DNA of 64,000 nucleotides from Flaccisagitta enflata (lineage: Eukaryota): positions 4,278,001-4,342,000 of the forward strand of contig OZ231126.1 of NCBI GenBank assembly GCA_965153355.1. The letters run 5' to 3'. Shown here piece by piece: positions 25,393-40,141 of this stretch (position 1 is its first letter; each line of letters opens with the position of its first letter). The notes under the pieces were generated by a model. It did no database searches and was not told the DNA's origin. It worked only from the letters and a program-made list of their open reading frames with translations. Made by a program: the position numbers and the translations under genes.

Positions 25393-25753
25393 CAACTCAT
25401 CGGTACTGTTTTCGAACTCGCTGATGTCTTTTGTTTTACTTACTTTCTAAGCGGGATTTTATTTAGGGGTAGGGGTAGGGTTAGGGTTGAGGTTGGTGTT
25501 GGGGGTGGTTTTAGGGTTAGGGTTAGGGTCAGGGCTAGCGTTAGGGCTAGGTGAGAGCTGGGTTTTATACATTTCAACCCGAATCTACTTGAATTAAAGC
25601 TTCGCCCAAACGGGAAAACCCGGTAAAAACAAAAGATCAGTAGCGTCTTCGAAATTTCTTCCCAAATGGTCTTCATTTTCTAATTATAAAAATAGCAACA
25701 ACAGCAACTTCATCAACAAAAGTACCAACAACATAAAAAACAACAACAACAAT

Positions 25754-25842
<89 letters not shown>

Positions 25843-26004
25843 CTCAATGATCGGTCTTACGTACAAGTATAAGTTGGCATCGCAAAAACAGAATTCGCAG
25901 ATGTTGATTCCCACGACTCACGATAGAGGCCTCTTTTCTCTCGATCCCACAACACAAGACAAACAAAAGGACCTCAAAAGGAGCCGATTTTTTTCTATCC
26001 AAAT

Positions 26005-26035
<31 letters not shown>

Positions 26036-29000
26036 CGGGCTGAAAGATGTTCTTCATTTATGTATGAATATATAAAATCGAAATGATAGAAATAAAACGG
26101 AAAGCAAACAAGCGCAGAACGTGGTGATAAAGGACGATGTGGTGAATGCACTATGTTCTGAGAGCGACTCAAAATTGGACAAAAATAACCTGAAGGATTT
26201 ATCATTTTGTAATATTGTAAAATCACATAATAGATATTAAAAATATCATTTTTTTCATTTTTTGTCATTTCTTGTCATTTCTTGTCATTTTTTGTCATTT
26301 TTTGTCATTTTTTGCCATTTTTATGGTTTTTGTCATTCTTGTCATTTTTGTCATTTTTTGCCCTTTTCTTGCATTTTTGTCATCTTTTAAAAATACTATC
26401 ACTTTCATCAAAAAAGAAATAAAACATTTTTTTCCATGATAATATTACGAGTGACAAAGCTTTTGTCTAGGGAGTTGCATGTAAGTCTTTAAAGTCTTTT
26501 GTAAACATATTTATAGTTTTTTTTACCTGTTTAAGCGTTTTTTGATATCTTTAATATTTTTAATATGTTGTCAGGATAGCTTGCTATAATCAATTATATA
26601 TGCTCAATTCTTCAATTTTCAGTTTCTACACTAAGTTTCAAGCTAATCAGTAAACAAGGCCGGATACACGGCAATCCAGTTGTGGACGGTTGGGCAGGAG
26701 CAGTTATGTGAAAACCGCTCAGAATACAAAAATGTGACGGATGGACGGACCAACATACTGACCTACCAACCTACCATCCTACCGACCGACATGGCAAGGA
26801 GTAGTTGCATGTCCGCGACTAAAAACAAGGCCAACGCCTAGTCACGAACGGGACATGAATTGCTTAAGCTGACTGAAAATGTCTTAAAATGACTTGAAAT
26901 GACTTAGAATGACTTAGAATGATGTATAATGGCATCTGGGAAGATGCTATGTGCCCAGAAAGTTTAAAAACACCCAAAAAGTAAAAGCGTGCTCAAATGT
27001 CTAAATCCTACATATGTGTGGAGTCCTTCTGTTTAGAGTTTTCCTACTAAGTTTCCAGTAAATTTGTTGAAAAATCGCAAAGTTAACCATGTTTCTCACT
27101 CTAGGGTATTAGGCTGATTTGGTCGGTTGGGGTGATTGGATCACAAAATATAGACTAGATGTAACTGTAGAGATGTAACAGAAAAGATGTAAAGAAAAAA
27201 AAAAAGAAAAAGAAGTAAAATAAAAAAAGTAACCCCTTAAACAAATTCTCTATAAATATGAAGCAAATCAGTCAAAGGATAAAGAAATCATGTTTTTTTT
27301 AAAATTATTCATAACAACAATATCAAATCAAATTGTTCTACATTAGTTGATAATGTATGATTAATAAATCATGAAATTATTCAAATCTTATATTATTAAA
27401 TGTTTACTTTAAATTGCATTTCTACTTTTCAAATAATGATATAGATATTAATTTTTAGTGAGTAAGTAATAAATATGTCATAATGAGATAATGATTTTTT
27501 TCAATCATTTAATTCACTGTTTCCCAACCATGCAGATTAAAGTGCCAAAGTGCGTTTGATCAAGAAAGCACTCTACAAGTTAAGACACATTGTAATAGTT
27601 GTATTTGTGTCATTATCATAAGACCAATCTAATCATCCATTCTTGGACATGAAGAGGGGGGTATATCGTATTTTGGGTGCTATCAAACCTTAACAAGACC
27701 ATGTGAAAGTCAGATAATGGAGAGAAAGAGAGGAAGAAATAAAGTGAAAAGGAAAGGTAAAGGAAAGATAGCGAGGAAGAAGTAAAGAAAAACTGAAGGC
27801 AAAAGGAATTGTTAAAATAGACAGAAGGAAGGCAGACAGAAAGACAAATGTATGTATGGATGGACAGATTCCCCCTGTGTTCTACAGGACTTGGTCCCCT
27901 TTGGGGCCGCTGCCCTGCCCCCCTCAATCTAAATCACATACTACTCAAGCAGGGCACAGGTACCACTGACCATGTATTGCCTTTGGGCTGCTATTTTTTC
28001 CTCTCTCTTTTCCTTCTTATTCTGCTCCTTCTTCTTCTTCTTCTTCATCTTCTTCTTGTTTGTCTCCTTGGTCTTGGTCTTCTTCTTCTTCTTCTTCTTC
28101 TTCTTGTTTTTCTTCTTCTTCTCCCTCTTCTTCTCCTTCCTCTTCTGCTTCTTCTTCTTCTTCTTCTTCTTCTTCTTCTTCTTCTTCTTCTTCTTCTTTT
28201 TCTTCTTCTTCTCCCTCTTCTTCTCCTTCCTCTTCTTCTTCTTCTTCTTCTTCTTCTTCTTCTTCTTCTTCTTCTTCTTCTTCTTCTTCTTCTTCTTCTT
28301 CTTCTTCTTCTTCTTCTTCTTCTTCTGCTTCTTTTTTATGTTTTCTGTTCACTTTGACACTTCGCTAATGTTACTTTCTTTTCTTTGCCTTTCTTTCTTC
28401 TTTTTCTTGTTTTGCTTGTTCTTCTTGTTCATCTTTTATCTCACTGCTCCTGCCCACATGGTCTATAGACCTTAAAAACAGCCCATGCTCATTCGCACGC
28501 AACTGGGGTAGCCATGTTTCTTGCTGGTTCATAGAATGAAACGGTTGAAGAAATATCGAAATTTTTATAAAAAAGATGATAATTCTTTTTGCCATTTTTG
28601 AAAAAGAAGTTCAATTTTCTCAGCAACCGCTCAACCGATTCACATGAAATTTTACACAAATAAACTTCATAAAAATTACTGTCAAATGAGTCCAATCCCA
28701 GCACTGTGGCTTACCTAGAGGATGATTTATGATTTTCTGAAGATTAAATTATTTCGATCATTTTTACCAAATAGCTCTTATTTTTTACTATCAAAATTCA
28801 AGATAGGTGCACTTTGGAGGCCAATAGAGCCCAGGGTCGCAACTGGACGCAGGCAAAACCATATATAGGCATGATCAGCACCCAAACTACTTCAAATTAG
28901 TGGTGGTAGGAATAACTGCAAGTGCCTGCCTTACTAGTTACAGCTATGAAAAGCTGAAAATCGTCAAAAAGAGAATATACAGATAAAAAGAGGGGTAAAA

Positions 29001-30046
29001 AGATGGGTAAAGACAGGAATCAGTTCCTCTATGACTCATACCCTCAGAAAGTATCCTTGGGGGGTCAGATACATGGCTTAGTTGGTTTGAAACATCTATC
29101 AATGTAACTATAGTGTCCAATTGAAAAACTAGTAGAAAAATTTAAAAAAATGAAAAAAACTGGGAGTAGTGGCCTAACAGAGGGGCCTGCTCAGATCCTG
29201 GCGTGTTAAAATCGATTTTTTTTACTGTTACAACCCACTGAGATCATGTACTTGCCCCATGTACAACAAAAAAAAAATTTTGGAAAGAGTCACTTTTGCT
29301 GATTTTTGGCAAAATAATTCCTCCTCAGGGAAGTCAGTGGAATGGCGAAATTTAGAGATGAGGAGGATGAGAAGAATGAGGAGGTTGAGGAAGGTGAAAA
29401 GGATGAGGATGAGGAGACGAATTATGAGGAAGAGCAAAGAGTAGAACAATGGGAAAGGCAAAGGTGAATACAAAAAGACTGAAATTGTGGGTGGGTGGTT
29501 GTGGGGGTGGGTGAAGTAAAAAAGCTTTAGGTTATTTCTACAGATGATTAGAACTAGAACTAGAACTGGGACAGATGATTAGGACTATAATTTCTAGTAG
29601 AAGTTATGTATATAGATGATTAGAAACCACAGCAGATTTACTTATAGCGCACCCCTAATAACCAGAATCAACTGTTGGACAAGACAGAAGACTGTTTCAG
29701 TGTTTCCTTTTCCATTGAAAAGAACTGATAAAACTCAAGACGGTTCTCCATCTAGAAAAAAGAACAAGGCCTCATACACGGCAGGACAGTCGCGGACGGT
29801 TTTGTAGGGGAAATAATGCAAAAGCCGCTTGCAATTAAAAAGTGTGACCGACGGACCGATGGACCGACAGACCGCTGGACTGACAGACCAATGGACCGAC
29901 GGACCGACAGACCCACCAGCACTGCAAGGTGTAGAGTCGCGTGTCCCGACTAAAAACTAACCCAAAATGCCAATGAAATTGTATGGATTTGTAATTAAAG
30001 GTGAGGGCATGAAGCAAACATGAAATGATGTGATGATTTGGTTGAG

Positions 30047-30130
<84 letters not shown>

Positions 30131-30307
30131 GAGCTGAATTGATGGGGGTGGCTGGTGAGTTTGAATAAGAAAAGAAAAAAGTTTTCACTTTGTTTGTGCC
30201 TCAAAGTCGCCTTTCGTAGTTCTTAATTGTTCTGCTGTTTCTCTTTTTAATTTCAAAAACTTTTAGCTATTCATGATTGTCCTTCAGAGTCTCCCTCTCT
30301 CTCTCTT

Positions 30308-30355
<48 letters not shown>

Positions 30356-30369
30356 ACTCACTCACTCAC

Positions 30370-30471
<102 letters not shown>

Positions 30472-31040
30472 CCAAACACACAGCGAGACTTGCCTTTTCA
30501 TCCAAAAATGGAAAAATCGTCAATCAAATATTGACATTTTGTTTGCGGGATTTGACTTGAGAATTTTCACATCGCCGAATATTTGTCACCAATCGTCCTT
30601 GTCCTTGTCATGGTTTTTGTCACCTTGTCATCGTCGTCGTCGAAGTCATCATTGTGGCTCTTGTTTTTTTTCTTTGTCACTGTATTATTGTTTTTAACCA
30701 TGAATTGTCTTATTCTCAGTCGCTTGCACGCGACTCTGTAACCTGCTTTGACCGTCCGTCCGTCTATCCGTCTGATCCATCTGTCATCTGTCTGTTTTTT
30801 CTACTTTTTTTTGCATTTGCGGGTGGTTATTGCATGACCTCTCCTACCCAAATGCATGCTTAGCCTTTTTCATCATTGCCCCTGCCCACCTGCACGCGAC
30901 ATGGGTAGCCGTGTATCCGGCCTTCTTTATACTTTGAGGCAGAGGGAAAGAATGGAGGCACCAATCTACGTTGATCGCACACATACACAGCTTACACACA
31001 CAGAAACACACACACACACACACAGAAACACACACACACA

Positions 31041-31115
<75 letters not shown>

Positions 31116-31118
<3 letters not shown>

Positions 31119-33973
31119 ACGGTATGTTTTCCCCCTCTTGTGCTCAAAACCCACGTACCCGATCGTTTTTGATTATTTTTATAATATTACTACCTAGAAC
31201 AAAAGAGATTTGGGATTTTTGATCCATTTTAGGGACCGCGAGTTCCATTTATTTATCACTACTCCAAGGTGGTTGTGGTGAAAATGTTGAAATTTGGTCA
31301 CTTTGGGCTCAAAATCGGGCCACTTTGCATTTGAAATTTGACCCAAAATCCATGAGATTATGAAACTAGAGCTCAAGAGCTAGCCAGTGGTGCAATCCGC
31401 ATGTTGCTATCGTTTTTTGTTGAGATTTGAGAGCATTTCAAAGATGGAAGGGTATGAGGGATTTTTTACCACATAAATTTGGTAGTCAATTTTGACATTT
31501 TTTACAATTTTTGATATATCTCCGCTTTGGATGGACAAATTTGGACAAAATTGGTGACCAAATTGAAGAGTTTTTGATGCTCTAACTGAATCTGGTAAAA
31601 TTTTTGATCGATATGACCCTCAAAATATTTGGGAGACTCTAGAAGCAGGTGCTAAAAAAAGAATTTTTTCGCCATTTTGGCTACTTTGGTCAAAAAATTT
31701 GGGCACTTCCGAGATAGAAAAAGACAAAAAATTCATGAGCAAATTAAACTACAGCTCAAGATCTAACCAATGGTGCAATCGGCATGTCAATATGTTAAAG
31801 CATATAGATTTGGCAGAGCTTCAAAGATCAGTGGGTATGATAAAATGACATTTTTTGGTAATTTTGGTCATTTTGGGCTCAAAATCGAACCACTTTGCTT
31901 TCAAAATTTGACCCAAAATCCATGAGATTATAAAACTAGAGCTCCAGAGCTAACCAGTGGTGCAATCCGCATGTTGCTATCGTTTTTGGTTGAGATTTGA
32001 GAGCATTTCAAAGATGGAAGGGTATGAGGGATTTTGTACCACATGAATTTGGTGGTCAATTTTGACCAAAGTAGCAAAAATGGCGAAAAAATTCACTTTT
32101 TAGCACCTGCTTCTAGAGTCTCCCAAAAAATTTGAGAGTCATATCGATCAAAAATTTTACCAGATTCAGATAGAGCATCAAAAACTCTTCAATTTGGTCA
32201 CCAATTTTGTCCAAATTTGTCCATCCAAAGCGGAGATACATCAAAAACTACCCTGTGTTCAAAAGCAAGTGATACCAGCAAAACCTTTATTATGCCTAAA
32301 GTATTCATTTTGAGAAATTCAGATTGGTTTCATCTGAAAGCATATAACCTACCATTTATTCATGCAAAATTTCACAGTACCAGGTCTAGCAGTTCAGCTT
32401 CCATAAAATTTTGAAAATTCATGAAATTTCCTGGAATTTTGCTCAAAAACTGCATTGTAAAACTGTTTTACATCAACGAACCCTTGTAATTTTTGCATAT
32501 ATTGAGCTAAAATCACCAGATTGGTCGTGAATTGTTAGTTTTTCACCCTTCTTTTTCATATGATTTGATTTGTCAATATTTTTGAGAAAACTAGAAACCT
32601 TATGACTAGCAATGTGATTTAAAGCCTATTCAAACTTCAAAAAATCAAAGAAAAATTAAGATTTTGCACCTGAATTTCCGGGATTTGGTATTTATGGCTT
32701 GAAATATGTAAACTGAAACTCATATCCTGCTCTCTGGACCAATCTGGCCATTTTTGCATGATTCATTAAAGAATTCCATTGATTCTAAGCTACATAAGTC
32801 AGTCCATCGTTATCTTAGAAATCTTCTAATGGTTTATCCACAATTTCATTCGTAACTATGTGGAAGCTCAACCGCTAGAGCCACTGCTATGAAATTTTGT
32901 ATGTATAAATGGTAGGTAATGTGCTTTCAGGCAGAACCAATCCGAAATTCTCAAATTGAATACTTAAGGTGCAATAAAGGTTTTGCTGGTATCACTTGCT
33001 TTTGAACACAGGGTATGAAAAACATCAAAATTGACCACCAAATTCATGCGGTACAAAATCCCTCATACCCTTCCATCTTTGAAATGCTCTCAAATCTCAA
33101 CAAAAAAACGATAGCAACATGCGGATTGCACCACTGGTTAGCTCTGGAGCTCTAGTTTTATAATCTTATGGATTTTGGGTCAAATTTCGAAAGCAAAGTG
33201 GTTCGATTTTGAGCCCAAAATGACCAAAATTACCAAAAGATGCCATTTTATCATACCCACTGATCTTTGAAGCTCTGCCAAATCTATATGCTTTAACATA
33301 TTGACATGCCGATTGCACCATTGGTTAGATCTTGAGCTGTAGTTTAATTTGCTCATGAATTTTTTGTCTTTTTCTATCTCGGAAGTGCCCAAATTTTTTG
33401 ACCAAAGTAGCCAAAATGGCGAAAAAATTCTTTTTTTAGCACCTGCTTCTAGAGTCTCCCAAAAAATTTGAGAGTCATATCGATCAAAAATTTTACCAGA
33501 ATCAGTTAGAGCATCAAAAACTCTTCAATTTGGTCACCAATTTTGTCCAAATTTGTCCATCCAAAGCGGAGATATATCAAAAATTGTAAAAAATGTCAAA
33601 ATTGACTACCAAATTTATGTGGTAAAAAATCCCTCATACCCTTCCATCTTTGAAATGCTCTCAAATCTCAACAAAAAACGATAGCAACATGCGGATTGCA
33701 CCACTGGCTAGCTCTTGAGCTCTAGTTTCATAATCTCATGGATTTTGGGTCAAATTTCAAATGCAAAGTGGCCCGATTTTGAGCTCAAAGTGACCAAATT
33801 TCAACATTTTCACCACAACCACCTTGGAGTAGTGATAAATAAATGGAACTCGCGGTCCCTAAAATGGATCAAAAATCCCAAATCTCTTTTGTTCTAGGTA
33901 GTAATATTATAAAAATAATCAAAAACGATCGGGTACGTGGGTTTTGAGCACAAGAGGGGGAAAACATACCGTC

Positions 33974-33975
<2 letters not shown>
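31116..33975. mobile_element. Large foldback element (~950-bp arms) within a (CA)n microsatellite
   Basis: TTGACGGTATGTTTTCCCCCTCTTGTGC... / ...GCACAAGAGGGGGAAAACATACCGTCAA; arms 31116-32065 and 33026-33975. Confidence 0.9.
32251..33013. mobile_element. Tc1/mariner-type MITE in the foldback spacer
   Basis: TIR CCCTGTGTTCAAAAGCAAGTGATACCAGCAAAACCTTTATT, TA TSD. Confidence 0.85.
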
Positions 33976-34028
<53 letters not shown>

Positions 34029-35646
34029 GCGCGCGCACTCACACGCATGCACGAGAGCAACTAAATTTCTAAAAAGGCTCATTTACATATTGCTGCAAGT
34101 CTGATAGACTAGATTATTCAGTATCAAAACGACTGTTAAGTTTTTACCAACTTCAGACAAATAATCAACAAGATATTCTCACGTAAATAGGTCTGAGCTG
34201 ACAATGACAAAATTAAATTTCAAAACCTGATGAAATTTCGTAGTTCCATGATCAAAATATGAGAAGCTGTTAAAATGATCGAATCGGTCTATAAAATTCA
34301 TATGCTAAATTACTTTTTACGAGGTTTCAGTTACGACCTTTGTTTACATTAATTTTGTTAATTCTTTGAGTGGGGCCCCATTTACTGGAGCTCCATCGAG
34401 TTTATTGAGTGACCACAAGATTTGCCCCCCCCCCCCTCCCACCGGCAATGGTCCATGCAGCAAGACTCGCTTCATATGTATTGTATGCTGAAGTAGTTTT
34501 ATCAAGATCAGAATCCTGCTACAGTAGGTCATAATTAATGCAGGCTAGTTTATAGTCGAGCAACCCCCTCCCTCTCTGGTGGGTTAGGGGAAATGAAATC
34601 AAAGGGTTTGGACATGGGAAAAAAAATCAAAAGCTAGAAAAGAAAAAAAAAGAATTTTTTTGGATATTTAACACTTTAGGCAGCTCCAAAAGATGATGTT
34701 TGATTACTACAACACTAGCCTTAACACTATTTAAACCTGTAGTATACTTTCTTGTTGCTTTGCGGTGAAGAAAATCATAGATTTTGTAATGCGACACGTC
34801 GTAGGGAAGAAAATCAAAGGGGGGTGGGGAAGATATCATTAGCCACTCAATTATATACACCCCCGAATTTCAATGCTTAATGTACACGTATTTCAGACTA
34901 ATCTTTAAACCTGAGCTCTTGAAAGGTACAATTGAACTCTGCATTTACGAACCCGCCACTAACGGAACTCTGCCTATGATGGATGCAAACTCATCATCTC
35001 TTTAACTTGTTTTTTAGTCGCGTGCTACGCGACTCTATAAGCCACTTTGTCGGTCGGTCCATCGGTCCGTCGGTCCGTCCGTCGGTCCGTCCGTCGGTCC
35101 GTCGCAAAGTCGTTTTAAAGGCTTTTTATCGCGTTTTTGATGGCTCTAAATGGCAGAGAAGAAACTTGGAGGAGTATAAAGTCTTTTATAAAGTGCTTTT
35201 GAAAAAAAAACAACTTTTTGTCCGTCTGTCTGCCTGACATTTTTTGAAAGTAGCCGACGCATGTGACTTAGGTCTAATGACCTTGTTTTTCTTTTTTCCT
35301 ACATTTGTGTTAACGGGATTTGACTGTACTATATGAAGCTCTCATAGACGCTATGTACGAGCTCCGCTCCCAGTTTGTCTGATTTTGGAAGAAATGCAGA
35401 AAGCGCGATATAAAAAGACTTTGCTGAGAACGCGTCCTTATTGATACGGTTTCGGCAAATAAATGAAGTTTTAAAAGGGTCACTCGGTCGTTCGCTACGT
35501 TCATTCCCTCGCGCTGCTCACATCAATAACTCGGTTTGTTCATAGGCTCGCTCACTCACTTTCTTCACTCCTTCATGGGTCGGTTAAAATTCATGAATAT
35601 TGAATATGTGTTCATATGGAAAACTCGATCAACGGAAATAATCGCG

Positions 35647-35739
<93 letters not shown>

Positions 35740-35800
35740 TTGTTGTTTGTTGTTATTGTTGTTATTGTTGTTGTTGTCGTTGTCGTTGATGTTGTTGTAG

Positions 35801-35883
<83 letters not shown>

Positions 35884-35886
35884 ATT

Positions 35887-35964
<78 letters not shown>

Positions 35965-36286
35965 GCCAAAGACAGCAAAAACAGAAAAAAAGTAAGAAAG
36001 GCGACCGACTGACCGACCAAAGGACCGACTAAGAGGGATGTAGACTGTAGATTCACGCAGCATGCGACTAAAAACGGGTTTGATAGCTGTAAACGACTCT
36101 ATAAGAGGCTTTGTCCGTCCGTCGGTCCGTCCGTCCATAATGATCGAGTCGAAAAGTGGGAAAACGCGCATTTCCGCCCCTGCCCACCCGTCCGCAACTG
36201 GTGGCCGTGTATCCGTCCTTGTTATTTCATTTGAAGCAATAGGTCAATAAAAAGAATTTTCTTCGACCGATTTTGCTCTTATGAAC

Positions 36287-36438
<152 letters not shown>

Positions 36439-37469
36439 CATAACACAACACCACACCAAAAACTCATTAAAAATAGCAAGTAATTCAACCGTTGGTCGAG
36501 TCGGAAAATGGAAAAACGAGTGTTTTAGATACTCTGTAAGAAGGTTTGTGTGTGGGGTTAGAGGTCTGGGTGTGGATGGGGATGGAACGCCCCTGCCCAT
36601 CCTTCCGCAACGATATTGTGACCCCACGTCACTTGCTTTGAAGGCCATGTTGATGCCCAGGCTGTTGGACAAAGGCGGTTCGGCCATGGACGAAGTCAGA
36701 ATAGTGGTCTCACAACCCAATTACACGATCACCAATAAAGGAATCCTTCGTTTTAACGCGTTTGACAAAGAAACAAGGCCAAGTAGGCCAACGATGGGTC
36801 CTCTTTGAATGAACGTTTTTTATGAATGAATGTTTTTTTTTTGGAATGAATGTCATTTGTGAATGAATGAATGATTGAATGAATGAATTACTTGATGTAT
36901 GCTTCTTTTACTGGGGTAGAACCACTTTTCTGTTGAAAAAATGCTTGATTTTGATCTTTTTAATGAATGCGTTACCGACCAACCAACCAACCAACCAACC
37001 GACCAACCGACCAACCAACCAACGGACACAGCCTATTATAAAGATGCGAGGACGCATCTAAAAAGGATTTATCTGAACTATGAAACAAAAGTTTCAAAGG
37101 TAGATACGAGGGGAGTGAGTATTTGCTTACAGTTGTTCTTCAAAAAACCCTTAACTTCAAATACTTTTCTATCCTTTACAAAACAGTAGAAGCTGATAAA
37201 AGAAGTTCCTTAAACTTTGAACATTTTGATAATCAACTGCATTGCTGTATGACAATCTAGAATAATGCTGCAATTGGTTCTAAAACTATCTATGGAACAC
37301 ATTTTATTTCTTCAATATTGGTTATAATAACCGTCATTGCTTTTCAAAACAATGGGTTAAAAATTCTACTGTCTCTTGCTATTGAAGGTGGTGATAGAAG
37401 CCCCGGCAAAATAGGCCTGTCTTGTGGAGGAGCTTCTTCTGTTTGGAAACACCGTCAACTCTGTCCAAG

Positions 37470-37740
37470 GTGTGGAAAAATTGTCTCGACTAAAGACAAT
37501 TAATGCTGAAGGTAGGATACTGAATGGAAAAATTGTCCCGACTAAAGACAATTAATGCTGAAGGTAAGGTCCTCAATGGATAAATAGTCCCGACTAAAGA
37601 CAATTAATGCTAAAGGTAGGGTCCTCAATAGAAAAATTGTCCATACTAAAGATAATTATTGCTAAAGGTAGTATCCCCAATGGAAAAATTGTCCAGACTA
37701 AAGACAATAAGTACCGAAGGTAGGATCCCCCAATGGAAAA
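37470..37740. repeat. ~51-bp minisatellite, ~5 copies
   Basis: aatggaaaaattgtcccgactaaagacaattaatgctgaaggtagg units. Confidence 0.85.
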
Positions 37741-37800
37741 CTCCCCATATTCAAGAATGATCCGCATTCTAGCGCAAAGACAGTCTTGACCATCATCCTT

Positions 37801-38325
37801 GAATAGTCGCAAAAGCGTTAGATGGTCAGCGGTACCTCGTACCCGTGACCTGCTTAAGTAGGTTGTGGAGGAAGTTGAAGGGGGAGCAGGGCAGCGGCCC
37901 AGAAGGGGTCGATGACCTATGCTTTCACACATATGGGGAAGTTTCTTCTCCTCCCTATTCTTCTCCTCCTCCTTTGTACCCCTCCCCTCCCCCAAGCCTC
38001 CAGGCCCATATCTCAGCCTGGAGGCCTATATCCCAGCCTCGAGGCCCAACTCCAAGTCTTGAGGCCCAAATCCCTAGAGACTGGAATCTTGGCCTTGGGG
38101 TTGAAATTGAGGCCTTGAGGGTGGGATTTGGGCCTCAAGGGTGGGATTTGGGCCTCAAGACTGGGATTTGGGCCTTGAGGCTGGAATATAGGCCTCCAGG
38201 CTGAGATATGGGCCCGGAGGCTGGGGGGAGAGGGGCTACGAAGGAGGAGAAGAAGAAGAAGGGGGAGGAGAAAATTCCCCATATGTGTAAGCATAGGTCA
38301 TCGACCTCTTCGGGGCCGCTGCCCA
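37801..38325 (-). mobile_element. Family B element (asymmetric subterminal inverted repeats, internal ~20-bp repeats)
   Basis: gggcagcggccc..gatgacctatgc / gcataggtcatc..ggggccgctgccc plus tail aatagtcgcaaaagcgttagatggtcagcggtacc; relatives near 5731, 27860, 50918, 51540, 52236, 55975, 59705. Confidence 0.7.
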
Positions 38326-39029
38326 TAAGGATCCGAGTTGAATTGAACCTGGCTAAGTTTTCAAGAGTGAATTGGGGCAGTTTTAATCAAAATTGATTGA
38401 ACCTTTTGGAGAATAAATTGAAACGCTTGTGCGATTTTTGCAGCAACAATATCTACGTCATATTAAGCGTTTCATCCTGACTAGGCTGGTGTTTACAAAT
38501 TGTCGAATTATGGGAAAAAACTTAAAAAAGCAAATAAATATTGGTTTCATTTACTAATTTATTGAAAACTGTGGCAGCCATTTTCCTTATTGAGTCAAGA
38601 AATACTTTATCAACATGTCCAACGACTCAAAATAAAAGAGGTCATGTTTAGAGTAGATTTGGTTTCGATTCATGCATAAAATCAATTGAATAGAATCAAT
38701 ATCACGAAATTATTTAGCATCGGAATTTAGAAAATATGAGATTAGAAATAAAATAGAGAAATGGAGGATAAATAGAGAGAGACGGAGACAGTTAAAAAAA
38801 TGAAAAAAGAATTAATATCAGCACACTGCTGTCTCACATAAGGTTTGAGACAAGAATGATATTACTATGCGGTTTTCTGCATTTTTGTAGAGTGCATGAG
38901 TATACAGACCAAAGACTATCCAGCAGAAAATCTTTCCCAAGGCGCTTTTTGAAAAAAATGAAAAATTCTAGATTTTTAGCTTCATTTTACATAGTTTATT
39001 TTTCAGGTTTGTTTGACCTATCTATCGAC

Positions 39030-39767
39030 CAGGGTTGTTAAAAGATCCATTTTTTTTGAAAAAATCCATTTGGATTAATCCATTTTGGATTAATCCGGAT
39101 AAAATCGTGGATTTTTTCAATCGGTGGATTTTTTCAAAAATGCGCCATACAATGTGATTAAGTACTGGTTATGATATTGATATAGGGCATACAATGATTA
39201 AATGTGATACAATGATTAAATGTGATAAGTAACAGATAAATGATTAATAAAATGAATATAAAGCAGTTCAACAGGCAACAGTGGAAATGTTTTTCACACC
39301 TGGTTATTCTGGATCAAACTTAAAAGATGTATTTCTGCGAAAATTACGTACACCTAGATATGATAAAAGGATACACATAACTTTGATAAAACTATTTAAT
39401 AAGATAATATGCATGGCGCATTCTTGAAAAAATGTAATTCATAAAATTGATTGCTAGCGTTCTACTGTATCCTGGATTCAATCACACAGAGTTCGAGATG
39501 CTTTAGGTCAAGAGAAAGTTTCTCAGAAACAGAAGCCCTCATACGTTCAAACACAGAAAAAAATCTGTGAGAAAATAAAAGTCTCATTCAGGACTTGAAA
39601 TCATTGAAAAATATCTTGCTTAGAGGTTTGGTCATTTTTGCAAAAAAAAAAAATTTAAAATTTGAAAAAATCCAGATTTTTTCAAAAATTTTTTGAAAAA
39701 ATCCATTCTATCCATTTGGATTAATCCAGGATTTTTTCAAATGGATTAATCCATCCTTCCAACCCTG
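39030..39767. mobile_element. hAT MITE
   Basis: CAGGGTTG...CAACCCTG ends, exact 8-bp TSD CTATCGAC, repeated ggattaatcc subterminal motifs. Confidence 0.9.
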
Positions 39768-40141
39768 CTATCGACAGCATTATGTTAATCCTGATAAAAT
39801 TCCCTTTGATTTGATAGGTCGCACTATATAGTTTGCACAAAGAATAAAATTTTCATTTTTAAAGCCACTGTTACAAAATTAGAACGGTGGCCTGAAATAT
39901 GAATTTTTGAATTCCTATGATTATGAAAACCATACAGTGTGACCTATCAAATGAATTGGAATTTTATCAGAATTAACATTATGCTGTCAAAAAATAGGTC
40001 AAACCAACTTAGAAAATTTCCTTTGCAAAATAATGCTAAAAAACTTTTTCAAAAAGCGCCTCAGGAAAGATTTTCTACTTGATGGTTCTTGGTTTCTATA
40101 GTCATGAACTCTGCAAAGATGCAAAAAACCGTTAAGTAATA

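Noticed and set aside
27848-28475. Poly-L/F/S/E ORFs
   Set aside because: (TTC)n microsatellite
31194-33897. Near-identical 60-aa ORFs on opposite strands
   Set aside because: Consequence of the foldback arms; no coding signature
37318-37503. AIEGG as the protease activation site
   Set aside because: Lacks the downstream P(W/Y) motif and a suitable phase-2 donor
37470-37740. CRISPR-like ~51-bp periodicity
   Set aside because: Whole unit is repeated; no variable spacers
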